From assembly GCA_030833985.1 (NCBI GenBank), contig JAURGC010000001.1, positions 1 to 54,185 of the forward strand: 54,185 bases of DNA, in the 5' to 3' direction. Below the pieces are notes generated by a model. That model saw nothing but the letters and a program-made list of their open reading frames with translations, searched no databases and was not told the origin of the DNA. This stretch comes from Algoriphagus sp. (lineage in GTDB: Bacteria; Bacteroidota; Bacteroidia; Cytophagales; Cyclobacteriaceae). Positions 9,931 through 19,976 of this stretch are shown here, in pieces. The position numbers were made by a program, and so were the translations under genes. The number at the start of each line of letters is the position of its first letter. Positions within the stretch are counted from its first letter, which is position 1.

Positions 9931-10749
9931 ATGAAGAAAAAGCAACTTATTCTAATTGGAGTAGGAGTTCTTGCAGTTGCTGGCTTGTATCTATTGCCCA
10001 AGGTAGTAGTAGACAACGAGGCTACTGGAGCTAAAATGGAGTCAGAGGCAACCGCTTCTTCTTCTATTTCCGAATCGCATACGAATGAGCTATCCTCCAA
10101 AAATAGAATTCAAGCGGATCAGTTGATTGCCACCTTCCAAACGGCTCCAACCCAAGAGGAGAAAGTGGCTGCAGCACAGGTTTTAGCTGGAATATATAAG
10201 GAAGAAGGGATATTTGATTCTGCTGCCCACTATTTGTCAGAAGCGAGTATGCTTTTTCCAGAGAATTTATTTCTTGCCGAGGAAGCAGGAAAGGCTAATT
10301 ACGATGCTTTTTCTTTTGCTTTGGATAAAAACAAAGTAGAAGCCCTGGCAGACAAAACTAGGAGCTTTCTTAGCGGGGTGTTGGAGAAAGATCCCACCCG
10401 TTTGGATTTGAAATCTAAAGTAGCGATGACTTACGTCTCTTCATCGAATCCTATGCAAGGAATCACCTTATTGCGGGAGATCTTGGAAGAGGATCCGAAA
10501 AATGAAGAAGGCTTATTTAACATGGGAATTCTTTCCATGCAGTCGGGTCAATACGAACGTGCTATTCTTCGTTTTGAAGAATTGGTAGAGTTCCATCCGC
10601 AAAATATCCAAGGTCAATTTTATCTTGGTGTAAGTTATTTCGAGTCCAAAGAAAAAAATAAAGCAAAAGCACAGTTTGAGCTAGTGAAGAACATGACTGA
10701 AGATCCGATGATTTTAGGAAGTATTCAAGGCTACTTAGACCAGCTATAA
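9931..10749 (+). CDS. Membrane-anchored tetratricopeptide repeat protein
   Basis: N-terminal hydrophobic anchor; C-terminal TPR-like helices (DPKNEEGLFNMG, HPQNIQGQFYLG). Confidence 0.8.
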   Translation: MKKKQLILIGVGVLAVAGLYLLPKVVVDNEATGAKMESEATASSSISESHTNELSSKNRIQADQLIATFQTAPTQEEKVAAAQVLAGIYKEEGIFDSAAHYLSEASMLFPENLFLAEEAGKANYDAFSFALDKNKVEALADKTRSFLSGVLEKDPTRLDLKSKVAMTYVSSSNPMQGITLLREILEEDPKNEEGLFNMGILSMQSGQYERAILRFEELVEFHPQNIQGQFYLGVSYFESKEKNKAKAQFELVKNMTEDPMILGSIQGYLDQL

Positions 10750-10779
10750 CAAATTATTAACACTTTAAATTGTACAACT

Positions 10780-10869
10780 ATGCCTTGCGGTAAGAAAAGA
10801 AAAAGACATAAGATCGCTACGCACAAGCGTAAGAAGAGACTTAGAAAAAACAGACACAAGAAGAAGTAA
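10780..10869 (+). CDS. Small basic ribosomal protein, bS22-like (29 aa, absent from the ORF track)
   Basis: Hand translation MPCGKKRKRHKIATHKRKKRLRKNRHKKK*, A-rich leader; resembles Bacteroidota bS22 as I recall it. Confidence 0.85.
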   Translation: MPCGKKRKRHKIATHKRKKRLRKNRHKKK

Positions 10870-10929
10870 TTCCTTCTTTTTGAGCCAGTAGAAGTAAAGT
10901 ACGTTCATTAACAGTAGTTTAAAGAAAAT

Positions 10930-12501
10930 TTGAGTACGGAATTGTTAATCGATTCTGCTCAAAATGGAAGTCGAATAGCCTTATTGCAAGAAAAGCAACT
11001 GGTAGAGCTCCATTCCGAAGGGATGGATAACCAGTTTAAGGTGGGCGACATTTATTTGGGTACGGTCCGCAAAATTGTCAATGGCCTCAATGCCGCGTTT
11101 ATCGACGTTGGCTATGAAAAAGATGGCTTCTTGCATTACCAAGACCTTGGTCCAAATAGCAATAGCTTGTTTAAGTTTACCAAAATGGTACGCAATAACA
11201 ACTATTCTAACCATCTGTTGAAGGGATTTGAAAATGAACCAGAAATAGAAAAAGTCGGGAAAATCGACAAAATTCTGGCTAAAACCAATCAGGTATTGGT
11301 TCAAGTTGTCAAAGAACCCATTTCAACAAAAGGCCCTAGACTATCCTGTGAGCTCTCTCTACCCGGGCGATATCTCGTGCTCGTGCCCTTTTCCGACACC
11401 GTCAATGTGTCCAAGAAGATACGAAGCAACGAAGAGCGCAAAAGGCTGCTCAGACTAATCAATTCGATCAAACCTGCCAACTTTGGAGTAATCATCCGAA
11501 CCGTGGCCGAAGGTCAGTCCGTAACGGAACTAGATAAAGACCTTCGAAATCTTCTCACCAATTGGGAAGAGGGAATGAGCAAATTGCTGAAAGCCAAAAG
11601 TCGGGATAAAATCATTGGAGAGATGAGTATGGCTTCCTCACTTGTGAGAGACCTACTCAATGAATCATTCGATGCAATCACCGTAGAAGAAGAATCTACT
11701 TACGATCAGATCCGTTCCTACATCAGGTCTATAGCGCCTGAGAAAGAAAAAATTGTCAAACTTTACAACGGTAAAGTCAAGCTATTTGAAAGTTTTGGAA
11801 TCGAAAAGCAAATCAAAAGCTTGTTTGGACAGTCCGTAAGCCTACCCCAGGGTGGCTATGTGATTATAGAGCACACTGAAGCCCTGCACGTCATTGACGT
11901 CAATAGTGGCAATAAGTCCAACCAAGAAAGTGACCAGGAATCTACAGCACTTAAAACCAACCTGGTGGCTGCTAAAGAAATTGCTAGACAGCTCCGCCTC
12001 CGTGATATGGGAGGAATCATCGTGGTCGATTTTATCGACATGAAAAAAGCCGAAAACAAAAAGGCAATTTTCGATGCCATGATGGTGGAGATGAAATTTG
12101 ACAGATCCAAGCATACCGTTTTGCCCTTGAGCAAATTTGGGCTGATGCAAATCACCCGACAGCGCGTGCGTCCTGAAGTCAATATTGTGACCAAGGAAAC
12201 CTGCCCTTCTTGCAACGGTACCGGCAAAATCCAAGCGTCTATTCTAGTCGCCGATAAGTTGGAAAAGGATTTGGAGCACATGGCTACCATCCAAAACGTG
12301 GATAAAATCCACATCGGCTTGCATCCGTATCTGCATGCCTACTTTACCACTGGCCTGATTAGCCGACGTGTAAAGTGGTTTTTTAACTATTACAAATGGA
12401 TAAAACTGATCAAAGATTCTTCGCTACCCGTGACGGAATACAGATTCCTAGATGAATCTGGAGAAGAAATCGAACTAAAAGTAAAAAGCGAGACTGAGTA
12501 A
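10930..12501 (+). CDS. rng: Ribonuclease E/G family
   Basis: S1 domain (GDIYLG...AAFIDVG), KEPISTKGPRLS, IDVNSG, RQLRLRDMGGIIVVDFIDM, CPSCNGTG Zn link; TTG start. Confidence 0.93.
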   Translation: MSTELLIDSAQNGSRIALLQEKQLVELHSEGMDNQFKVGDIYLGTVRKIVNGLNAAFIDVGYEKDGFLHYQDLGPNSNSLFKFTKMVRNNNYSNHLLKGFENEPEIEKVGKIDKILAKTNQVLVQVVKEPISTKGPRLSCELSLPGRYLVLVPFSDTVNVSKKIRSNEERKRLLRLINSIKPANFGVIIRTVAEGQSVTELDKDLRNLLTNWEEGMSKLLKAKSRDKIIGEMSMASSLVRDLLNESFDAITVEEESTYDQIRSYIRSIAPEKEKIVKLYNGKVKLFESFGIEKQIKSLFGQSVSLPQGGYVIIEHTEALHVIDVNSGNKSNQESDQESTALKTNLVAAKEIARQLRLRDMGGIIVVDFIDMKKAENKKAIFDAMMVEMKFDRSKHTVLPLSKFGLMQITRQRVRPEVNIVTKETCPSCNGTGKIQASILVADKLEKDLEHMATIQNVDKIHIGLHPYLHAYFTTGLISRRVKWFFNYYKWIKLIKDSSLPVTEYRFLDESGEEIELKVKSETE

Positions 12502-12516
12502 GTCTCGCTTTTTTTT
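12483..12516. terminator. Bidirectional terminator
   Basis: AAAAAGCGAGACT-gagta-AGTCTCGCTTTTTTTT between convergent rng and DUF3127. Confidence 0.85.
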
Positions 12517-12538
12517 ATGGTCTTGTAAAAATATTCGG

Positions 12539-12883
12539 TTAAAAGGGGAGTTTGTCCTCGTCTGAAGCTTCGTAAAACGTGTCTACATCCGGAGGACCTA
12601 CTGGCATTCCTACAGCTTGGCTGCGGTCTACTTTGTAGGCTTTTACCTCAGTATACCAGCGCCCATTGTATTCTCTGCTTTCTACATCTATTCCAAGGGT
12701 AACTTGCTCACCTATTTTCAAGCCAAATTGGTCGATCTTATCTCCCCAAATGGAAACACATACTTTTTTGGGATATTGACCTCCTGTTTCGACTATAAAT
12801 TCTTGCTTGCGCCAAGCATTTCCACTTTTTGAACTCCCACTCACTTCTGGTAAAAGGGAGGTTACTTTTCCACTTAATTCCAT
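12539..12883 (-). CDS. DUF3127 family protein (probable OB fold)
   Basis: GNAWRKQEFIVET, YPKKVC, ESREYNGRWYTEVKAYK, tail DEDKLPF. Confidence 0.85.
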   Translation of the reverse strand: MELSGKVTSLLPEVSGSSKSGNAWRKQEFIVETGGQYPKKVCVSIWGDKIDQFGLKIGEQVTLGIDVESREYNGRWYTEVKAYKVDRSQAVGMPVGPPDVDTFYEASDEDKLPF

Positions 12884-13137
12884 TCTTCTTTTTTCTAATT
12901 AAGAGTACGAAGGTAAGCAATGCCTTTTACTTTTTTCAAACCTTCATTTTCATCTTTTTAGTAGGAACCTTTTCTGAATTAGCTGCATTTACCCATCCAC
13001 ACCAAAATCTCCCTTTTCATAACAAAGAAAAATACTAAATAAGCACAAAAAATAAAATAAAAAATAATTAAAAATTAAAAAAACAGAATTAAATATCGAA
13101 ATTAATGAATGGGTTGCCTATTTTAATTATTTGGCCT

Positions 13138-13145
13138 TAGTTTTG
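13138..13145 (+). promoter_or_regulatory. -7 promoter element for the ECF sigma gene
   Basis: TAGTTTTG, with TTG about 21 nt upstream. Confidence 0.5.
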
Positions 13146-13242
13146 AGACCTTTTAAAAATAATTCTCACGCGTTTACTCATCTTTTTACCTTACCCGATA
13201 CTATGGCCTAGACTTTTACGTTGTATATAAACCAACTTAAAA

Positions 13243-13845
13243 ATGAGTAAGCAATTAGGTCCAAATGATAGTGTGTTGATCACCCTGTATCGTAATGGCA
13301 ATGAATCTGCCTTTAATCAATTAGTAGATCGGTATCAAAGTAAGGTATTTACTACACTATTTTTGATTGTAAAAGATCAAGAAGTAGCAGAAGACTTGTT
13401 ACAAGATGTATTTGTTAAGGTAATCCATACCCTGAATTCAGAAAAGTACAACGAAGAGGGGAAATTTCAACCTTGGTTACTGCGTATTGCACACAACCTC
13501 GCCATCGACCACTTTAGAAAGGCAAAAAGATATCCCACCATCCTATTAGAAGATGGAAGCAATCTGCTTAATTCCCTAAACTTTGCTTCAGAGTCTTCGG
13601 AACAGGAGCAAATTAAAGAAGAAACCTTGGTTTGGGTGCGCAATTTAATTGATGAGCTTCCAGAGGCTCAAAAAGAAGTAGTTATTATGAGGCATTACTT
13701 AAACTTGAGTTTTCAGGAAATTGCCGAGCAAACAGGCGTCAGTATCAATACAGCATTGGGAAGGATGCGCTATGCGCTCAACCATATTCGTAAAAAAATG
13801 AAACAACAAACTAGTGCCTATGCAAAAACAATTTACCCCAAATGA
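13243..13845 (+). CDS. ECF-type RNA polymerase sigma factor
   Basis: Region 2 AEDLLQDVFVK...WLLRIAHNLAIDHFRK; region 4 LPEAQKEV...SFQEIAEQTGVSINTALGRMRYA. Confidence 0.95.
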   Translation: MSKQLGPNDSVLITLYRNGNESAFNQLVDRYQSKVFTTLFLIVKDQEVAEDLLQDVFVKVIHTLNSEKYNEEGKFQPWLLRIAHNLAIDHFRKAKRYPTILLEDGSNLLNSLNFASESSEQEQIKEETLVWVRNLIDELPEAQKEVVIMRHYLNLSFQEIAEQTGVSINTALGRMRYALNHIRKKMKQQTSAYAKTIYPK

Positions 13846-14053
13846 CCTGATTAGGTATATCTATCAGGAAATGTCGGAGGTAGAACAAGAACTCTTAATG
13901 CAAGCCTTGCACAGCAATAATGCCTTGATGCAAGAATATATTCAACTGCTGAGCACCGTGGAGTTTTTGGAGCAAGTCAACTTGCAACCTTCCGAAAATG
14001 TAGTGAAAGCCATTAAAAAAATGGCGCAGTCTACGAGACTTCCACAAGTCTGA
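13820..14053 (+). CDS. Small hypothetical protein overlapping the sigma gene (candidate soluble anti-sigma)
   Basis: MQKQFTPNDLIRYIYQEMSEVE...; 26-nt overlap with sigma, followed by a terminator. Confidence 0.7.
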   Translation: MQKQFTPNDLIRYIYQEMSEVEQELLMQALHSNNALMQEYIQLLSTVEFLEQVNLQPSENVVKAIKKMAQSTRLPQV

Positions 14054-14061
14054 ACTAAGGT

Positions 14062-14090
14062 AACCCCGCATTTTGGCGGGGTTTTCTTTT
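14062..14090 (+). terminator. Intrinsic terminator
   Basis: AACCCCGC-attttg-GCGGGGTT followed by a T-rich run. Confidence 0.75.
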
Positions 14091-14161
14091 CCCTAAGTTT
14101 AGCCAAATATTTTTTTACTTCAGTACTCAATTCCTCAAGACTCGTAGTTTAGGTAACTGTG

Positions 14162-14193
14162 CTGTGGAACGCGGTCTATCGTCTGTGAACCGT
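14162..14193. repeat. Degenerate heptamer tandem repeat
   Basis: CTGTGGA ACGCGGT CTATCGT CTGTGAA CCGT abutting the ALDH stop codon. Confidence 0.45.
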
Positions 14194-15615
14194 TTAAAAC
14201 CACTTCATCATTGTAGCAATCAACTTCTTAACACGCATGCCGTATGGCGGACGCAATAAGGAAACGTTATTGAATCCAATGCGCTGCTTCAATACGCCCT
14301 TTTCATTGCTAAAGGCCAAAAACCCGTATTTGCCGTGAGACTTACCAATCCCACTATTATTGACCCCTCCAAAGGGGAGTTCACTATGCAAAAAATGAAG
14401 CACGCAATCGTTGATGACCACATTTCCTGAACTAGTTTCTGTCATTACCCGATTTGCTTGCTTCTCGTCTTTGCCAAAAAAGTAGAGTGCCAATGGCTTG
14501 GGTTGGGATTGGATCAGTGCTAGGGCATCGTTGAGATGACTGTAAGTAAGAATCGGTAGGATTGGACCAAAAATCTCCTCTTGGAAGACGAGCATGTCTT
14601 CGCGAATAATAGAAATCAAGGTGGGTTCCACATACCTGGATTCTTCATCTAACTCTCCACCTGCTTCTACTTGAGCCCCTTTTTGAAGTGCATCTTCCAA
14701 TAATTCCCGAATTCGCTCAAAATGTCTTTCATTGATCAAGCGAGCATAGTCTTGGCTCTGCATGATTCCCTTTCCATTGGAATTGTAGTAGCGGGTCAAC
14801 ACTTCGCGCGCATGGCCGATAAAGATGTCCTTTTTATCCTCAGGCACTAGGATGTAATCGGGAGCAATGCAGGTTTGGCCACAGTTGACAAATTTTCCCC
14901 AGATTAATTTTTCCGCAGCATCTTTCAGGTCAGCTGAAGTATCTAGAATCACGGGTGATTTGCCACCTAATTCCAAGGTCACGGAACTCAAATGTTGTGC
15001 AGCAGCACGCATCACAATTTTTCCAATTGCTGGGCTCCCGGTAAAGAAAATATGGTCAAAAGGCAAAGAAAGTAGTTCTGAAGCCACTTCTTTTTCTCCC
15101 AAGCAAACTGCTACCTCATGGGGAGCAAAGAGTTCGCTCACAAGGTCTTGAACTAGTTGGGCAGTATGTGGTGCATGTTCTGAGGGTTTAAGAATGGCTG
15201 TACAACCTGAAGCAATAGCAGATACCAAGGGACCAATGGCAAGGTTGAAGGGGAAGTTCCAAGGAGAGATCAACAAGGCTCTCCCTTTGGGTTCAGCTAC
15301 GACAAAAGCAGAAGTTCCAAGCATCGGCAATGGGGTAGGCTGAGATTGAGGTTTCATCCATGTGGCCAAGTTTTTTAGGCAATGCTTAATTTCTGCCGTG
15401 ACGGGAAAAATTTCATTGAGATCAACCTCCGGAGCTGGTTTGTTGAAATCCAGCCAGAGTGCTTCGCGGATAGCTTCTTGGTTGGAATTGATCCAATTTA
15501 AAATCTTAAGGAGCCTTTCCTTCCGGTCTTTTAGGGTGGACTTCCGCCATGCTAAGGAGGTAGGTAATTGACTAGCAAAAAGCTCAGAGGGACTTGATCG
15601 AAGAGTAGAAAGCAT
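14194..15615 (-). CDS. Aldehyde dehydrogenase (ALDH3/coniferyl-aldehyde-like family)
   Basis: SPWNFP, KPSE, FTGS, LELGGKSP, GQTCIAPDY, EEIFGP, PFGGVNNSGIG. Confidence 0.93.
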   Translation of the reverse strand: MLSTLRSSPSELFASQLPTSLAWRKSTLKDRKERLLKILNWINSNQEAIREALWLDFNKPAPEVDLNEIFPVTAEIKHCLKNLATWMKPQSQPTPLPMLGTSAFVVAEPKGRALLISPWNFPFNLAIGPLVSAIASGCTAILKPSEHAPHTAQLVQDLVSELFAPHEVAVCLGEKEVASELLSLPFDHIFFTGSPAIGKIVMRAAAQHLSSVTLELGGKSPVILDTSADLKDAAEKLIWGKFVNCGQTCIAPDYILVPEDKKDIFIGHAREVLTRYYNSNGKGIMQSQDYARLINERHFERIRELLEDALQKGAQVEAGGELDEESRYVEPTLISIIREDMLVFQEEIFGPILPILTYSHLNDALALIQSQPKPLALYFFGKDEKQANRVMTETSSGNVVINDCVLHFLHSELPFGGVNNSGIGKSHGKYGFLAFSNEKGVLKQRIGFNNVSLLRPPYGMRVKKLIATMMKWF

Positions 15616-15723
15616 GGATTACGGAGGGTAAAGTAGAGGTAAGCCTTTGATAAGTCAAGTTACAAGAAAAATAGGATAGTTTGGAACAACAAAATGTACT
15701 CAACAGATTGGAATAATGAGCTA

Positions 15724-16452
15724 TTAAGTAGTTTTGGAGCTGTCTTGGATAAGGAGATTGAGTTGAGTCAGTTCCTTTTCACTTAAATCTCGCCATTTAC
15801 CTACTGCTAGATCCAACTGAATATGCATGATTCGAATTCGCTTGAGTTGGGTCACTTGGTAACCCAAATGAGCACACATCCTTCGAATCTGTCGATTTAA
15901 GCCTTGAGTGAGGATGATCCGGAATTTAAATCGGTTGATTAGTACTACGGTACAAGGAGCAGTGATTGTACCTAGGATGGGAATACCCGTACTCATCTTT
16001 TGAACAAAGCTCGAATGGAGGGGCTTGTCAACAGTCACCACATATTCTTTTTCATGGTTATTTTTTGAGCGCAGGATTTTATTAACTAAGTCCCCTTCAC
16101 TCGTTAGCAAAATCAAACCTTCGCTGTCTTTATCCAGTCTTCCGATAGGGAAAATGCGTTCGGGATGCCGAATAAAATCGATGATATTATTCTTTTCTCC
16201 TTGGGTATCTGTTGTCGAAACAATACCTACCGGCTTATTAAAAGCGATGTAAACATGCTGCTGTTTTGGCTTCCCGATCAATTGTCCATCTACTCGAACC
16301 TCGTCCGTGGGAAAGACTTGGGTGCCTAATTCTGGGATTTTTCCATTGATGGTGATGCGATTTTGTTCCAAAAGACCATCTGCAGCTCTACGGGAGCAAT
16401 AACCGACTTCACTTAAATACTTATTGATCCGAATAGAGGTGGGCTGGCTCAT
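15724..16452 (-). CDS. rluF: RsuA/RluF-family rRNA pseudouridine synthase
   Basis: S4 domain RINKYLSEVGYCSRR, IFPIGRLDKDSEGL, LTQGLNRQIRRMC. Confidence 0.85.
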   Translation of the reverse strand: MSQPTSIRINKYLSEVGYCSRRAADGLLEQNRITINGKIPELGTQVFPTDEVRVDGQLIGKPKQQHVYIAFNKPVGIVSTTDTQGEKNNIIDFIRHPERIFPIGRLDKDSEGLILLTSEGDLVNKILRSKNNHEKEYVVTVDKPLHSSFVQKMSTGIPILGTITAPCTVVLINRFKFRIILTQGLNRQIRRMCAHLGYQVTQLKRIRIMHIQLDLAVGKWRDLSEKELTQLNLLIQDSSKTT

Positions 16453-16521
16453 AGCTACGTTCACGACCTAAACCTCCTGGTAGGGGAAGCAAAGATTTTT
16501 GAAAGTTACAGTTTTTTTAAA

Positions 16522-17814
16522 CTAGTCCTGCTGTGTATGAATGGTGGATGCCAGAAGGCGATCGTCCACTGTGGGATCAATTTGAGCCAATAATTTTATT
16601 CCTTCCGCCTTTTTTTGATTAAATGCTTGTAGGTTGACTTGTGCAATGGGTTCGGAAGGAGGAATGCTTTCTTTCAGCCAATCTACTTGTTTGCCATTTT
16701 TCCAAAAACGGAAGCAAAGGTGAGGGCCAGTAGCTAGTCCTGTACTGCCTACGTATCCTATGATTTCACCTTGGGAAATACGCGTTCCTTTTTTAATTCC
16801 TTTTCCGATTTTTGAAAGGTGGAGGTATTGGGTGGTATAGGTGGAATTGTGTTTTATTTTCACAAAATTTCCATTAGCTGAGGTATACCTAGCTTCAATG
16901 ACAGTACCATCCCCCACACTTCGTATCTCCGTTCCTTTGGGGGCTGCATAATCGGTGCCTAGGTGAGCCTTCACTCTTTTTTGAACCGGATGAAATCGAT
17001 TTAAATTATAGCGGGAGCTAATGCGGGTATATTTAAGTGGGTCACGAAGGAATGCTTTTTTAAAACTCTTTCCTTCTTGGTCAAAGAAAGTAAGCTGTCC
17101 ATTTTGTTCAAATGGAATGGCATGCATGTCTACACCTTTGTGGTTGAAGTAAGCTAAGTGGATTCCAGAAAGCGATACGACTTGGTTCTCAATGATATTT
17201 TCTTCAAAGATAACTTTGAATACATCCCCTTTTTGGAGGCTTTGAAAGTCCACCGACCACCCGTAAAGGTCTGCAAATTCATCGATTAGTTGGGGAGAAA
17301 TCCCTTTATCCACCATGGCATTGTATAGGGAACTTTCAATCCTTCCTCCTACAGTTCTTTTCCGGGTTTGAGCAGGTTTCTCTGCTCGGTATAAGTAGGC
17401 AGAATCCAAGTTGAATACAACAAATTCGGCAGGATTGGGCTCATAAATAAAAAATTGTGCTTTGGAGGAGTTTGGGGCAGTGAGTACGGTATATTTTTTA
17501 TTGGTAGCAATCCTTCGTACATCAAATACTTCTTTAGATTTTTTGGCCAGCTCATCAATGATTTGATAAGGGATATTGAAGGGCGACAGGAGGGTAGATA
17601 AAGTTTCATTTTTGGTGACTCTACCTTCAATTATGGTAAAGTCTTTCACATTGATGCCGTACAAAAATTTTTCTTGATCTGTGGAATCCTCCTGCACTAA
17701 GGAGTTTGGTTCATTGGAAAAAAGTTGGGAAAATCGTCCTTCTTGCTTTTGGTAAATCAAGATTAGGAGTATGGAAAGAAAAATGGTCGTGTAGCCAATC
17801 CAATTTTTTTTCAT
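16522..17814 (-). CDS. M23 family peptidoglycan DD-endopeptidase (MepM-like)
   Basis: HLGTDYAA (HxxxD), YLHLS, GPHLCF; N-terminal TM anchor. Confidence 0.9.
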   Translation of the reverse strand: MKKNWIGYTTIFLSILLILIYQKQEGRFSQLFSNEPNSLVQEDSTDQEKFLYGINVKDFTIIEGRVTKNETLSTLLSPFNIPYQIIDELAKKSKEVFDVRRIATNKKYTVLTAPNSSKAQFFIYEPNPAEFVVFNLDSAYLYRAEKPAQTRKRTVGGRIESSLYNAMVDKGISPQLIDEFADLYGWSVDFQSLQKGDVFKVIFEENIIENQVVSLSGIHLAYFNHKGVDMHAIPFEQNGQLTFFDQEGKSFKKAFLRDPLKYTRISSRYNLNRFHPVQKRVKAHLGTDYAAPKGTEIRSVGDGTVIEARYTSANGNFVKIKHNSTYTTQYLHLSKIGKGIKKGTRISQGEIIGYVGSTGLATGPHLCFRFWKNGKQVDWLKESIPPSEPIAQVNLQAFNQKKAEGIKLLAQIDPTVDDRLLASTIHTQQD

Positions 17815-18062
17815 CTGGGGAAATTCAGGAGACAGGAACTAATTTGGTAGGTCAAGCAAGGGAAAAGAACCCTTTTTTCCAAGAATTTTCACTATTAAGT
17901 AACAAAAAGAACAGATAATTTAACTCTTTTTAAAGGCTTACAGCCGTTGAAAGAAGTGCCATTTGCGGAATTAAGTACGCTTACCTAGTAAGTAAAAGGA
18001 AAGAATTTCAACCTGAAGTGGGGATTCTTCTCCTATCCTTATCGTTCTGTGTTGCATTTATT

Positions 18063-18070
18063 TATCTTTG
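18063..18070 (+). promoter_or_regulatory. -7 promoter element for aspS
   Basis: TATCTTTG, 24 nt before ATG 18095. Confidence 0.6.
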
Positions 18071-18094
18071 ACCTCCCAAAAAAAGGAATTAGTC

Positions 18095-19849
18095 ATGTTA
18101 AGAACACATACCTGTGGCGAACTTCGCCTTCACCATGTCCAACAACAGATCACTTTAGCCGGCTGGGTACAGCGGGTTAGAAATAAAGGAGGGCTTATTT
18201 GGGTGGATTTAAGAGACCGCTATGGGGTAACCCAACTTATTTTTGAGGAAGGATCTACTGACAAGGCATTGTTGGAGAAAGCCGCTCAGCTAGGGCGAGA
18301 ATTTGTGGTTCAAGCAGCTGGAATTGTTTTGGAAAGAACATCCAAAAACGATAAAATGCCAACAGGGGACATTGAAATCAAAGTGGAGGAATTAACCGTG
18401 TTGAATCCTGCAAAAGTTCCTCCTTTTATTATTGAAGACGAAACCGACGGAGGAGATGAGCTGCGAATGCGCTATCGCTACCTTGACCTCCGCAGAAATG
18501 TGATTCGAGAAAAACTTCAGCTCCGCCATCGTCTAATGCAGGAAACTCGGACCTACATGGATAAGCAATCTTTTATCGAGGTAGAAACACCTGTATTGAT
18601 CAAATCTACTCCGGAGGGAGCACGGGATTTTGTCGTACCAAGCCGAGTTAATCCAGGGGAGTTTTATGCCTTGCCTCAATCTCCACAGACCTTCAAACAA
18701 TTGTTGATGGTCAGTGGATTTGACCGCTACTTTCAAATTGTGAAATGCTTTCGAGACGAGGATCTTCGCGCCGACAGGCAGCCCGAGTTTACGCAGATTG
18801 ACTGTGAGATGGCTTTTGTCAATCAAGAAGATATTCTAAACACCTTTGAAGGACTAATTAAGCACTTGTTTTTATCGGTTAAGGGAGTGGATCTAGGTCA
18901 GGTACCACATTTAACCTATGCAGATGCGATGAAGTACTATGGGAATGACAAGCCTGACTTGCGCTTCGATATGAAATTTGTCGACTTGACTGATCTAGCG
19001 AAAGGCACAGGATTTGCCGTCATTGATCAGGCAGAGATCGTGCTAGGTATCTGTGCCAAAGGCGCAGGAGAGTACACGCGTAAACAATTGGATGAACTGA
19101 CAGACTGGGTAAAGCGTCCACAAATTGGAGCAAAAGGATTGATTTATGTACGGTACCAACTTGATGGAATGCTCAAGTCCAGTGTGGACAAATTTTATGG
19201 ACAAGATCAATTAAAGACCTGGGCAGATGCTTGCGGTGCTGTGCCCGGAGATTTGATTCTTGTGCTTAGTGGAGAGGAGAAAACCACGCGCAAGCAGTTG
19301 TCTGAACTTCGCTTGAAGATGGGTGAAGACCTAGGATTACGTGATCGTTCTATATTTGTACCACTTTGGGTGGTGGACTTTCCGCTCTTGGAGTGGGATG
19401 AGGAATCCAACCGCTTTCATGCGATGCATCATCCGTTTACTTCTCCGAAGCGAGAAGATATTCCCTTGTTGGAAACCGATCCTGGATCTGTACGAGCGAA
19501 TGCCTATGATTTGGTCATCAATGGAGTCGAAATTGGAGGGGGATCAATACGGATTCACGACCGTTCGACGCAGCAATTGATGTTTGCCCATCTAGGATTT
19601 TCAGATACAGAGGCACAAAAGCAATTTGGGTTTTTGATGGAAGCCTTCGAGTATGGAGCTCCACCCCACGGTGGGATTGCCTTTGGTTTTGACCGACTTT
19701 GCGCCATCTTTGGCGGATCAGACTCCATTCGTGATTACATTGCCTTCCCTAAGAATAATTCTGGTAGAGATGTGATGATTGATTCACCGAGTACCCTTGC
19801 TGCAGAGCAACTGGATGAATTGTCTATTCGGGTGGCGTTGAAAAAATAA
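18095..19849 (+). CDS. aspS: Aspartate--tRNA ligase
   Basis: [65 protein letters not shown]. Confidence 0.98.
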   Translation: MLRTHTCGELRLHHVQQQITLAGWVQRVRNKGGLIWVDLRDRYGVTQLIFEEGSTDKALLEKAAQLGREFVVQAAGIVLERTSKNDKMPTGDIEIKVEELTVLNPAKVPPFIIEDETDGGDELRMRYRYLDLRRNVIREKLQLRHRLMQETRTYMDKQSFIEVETPVLIKSTPEGARDFVVPSRVNPGEFYALPQSPQTFKQLLMVSGFDRYFQIVKCFRDEDLRADRQPEFTQIDCEMAFVNQEDILNTFEGLIKHLFLSVKGVDLGQVPHLTYADAMKYYGNDKPDLRFDMKFVDLTDLAKGTGFAVIDQAEIVLGICAKGAGEYTRKQLDELTDWVKRPQIGAKGLIYVRYQLDGMLKSSVDKFYGQDQLKTWADACGAVPGDLILVLSGEEKTTRKQLSELRLKMGEDLGLRDRSIFVPLWVVDFPLLEWDEESNRFHAMHHPFTSPKREDIPLLETDPGSVRANAYDLVINGVEIGGGSIRIHDRSTQQLMFAHLGFSDTEAQKQFGFLMEAFEYGAPPHGGIAFGFDRLCAIFGGSDSIRDYIAFPKNNSGRDVMIDSPSTLAAEQLDELSIRVALKK

Positions 19850-19940
19850 TTTGAGACCGGCTGAGGGTCCACTGTCAATTCAGCAAACCGATTATTAGTA
19901 CTCCCGGTTTGTATGCTACATTCCAATGCACCGCAACTTG

Positions 19941-19962
19941 CTGTCGACCGTCGTCCGTGGAC
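19941..19962. repeat. Degenerate heptamer tandem repeat
   Basis: CTGTCGA CCGTCGT CCGTGGA C, 14 nt from the YhhN stop. Confidence 0.5.
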
Positions 19963-19976
19963 AAAAAATTACTTTA

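Noticed and set aside
18095-19849. Functional link between aspS and the GUC-anticodon tRNA-like RNA
   Set aside because: They are 22 kb apart with unrelated operons between them, and aspS looks like the normal housekeeping enzyme.
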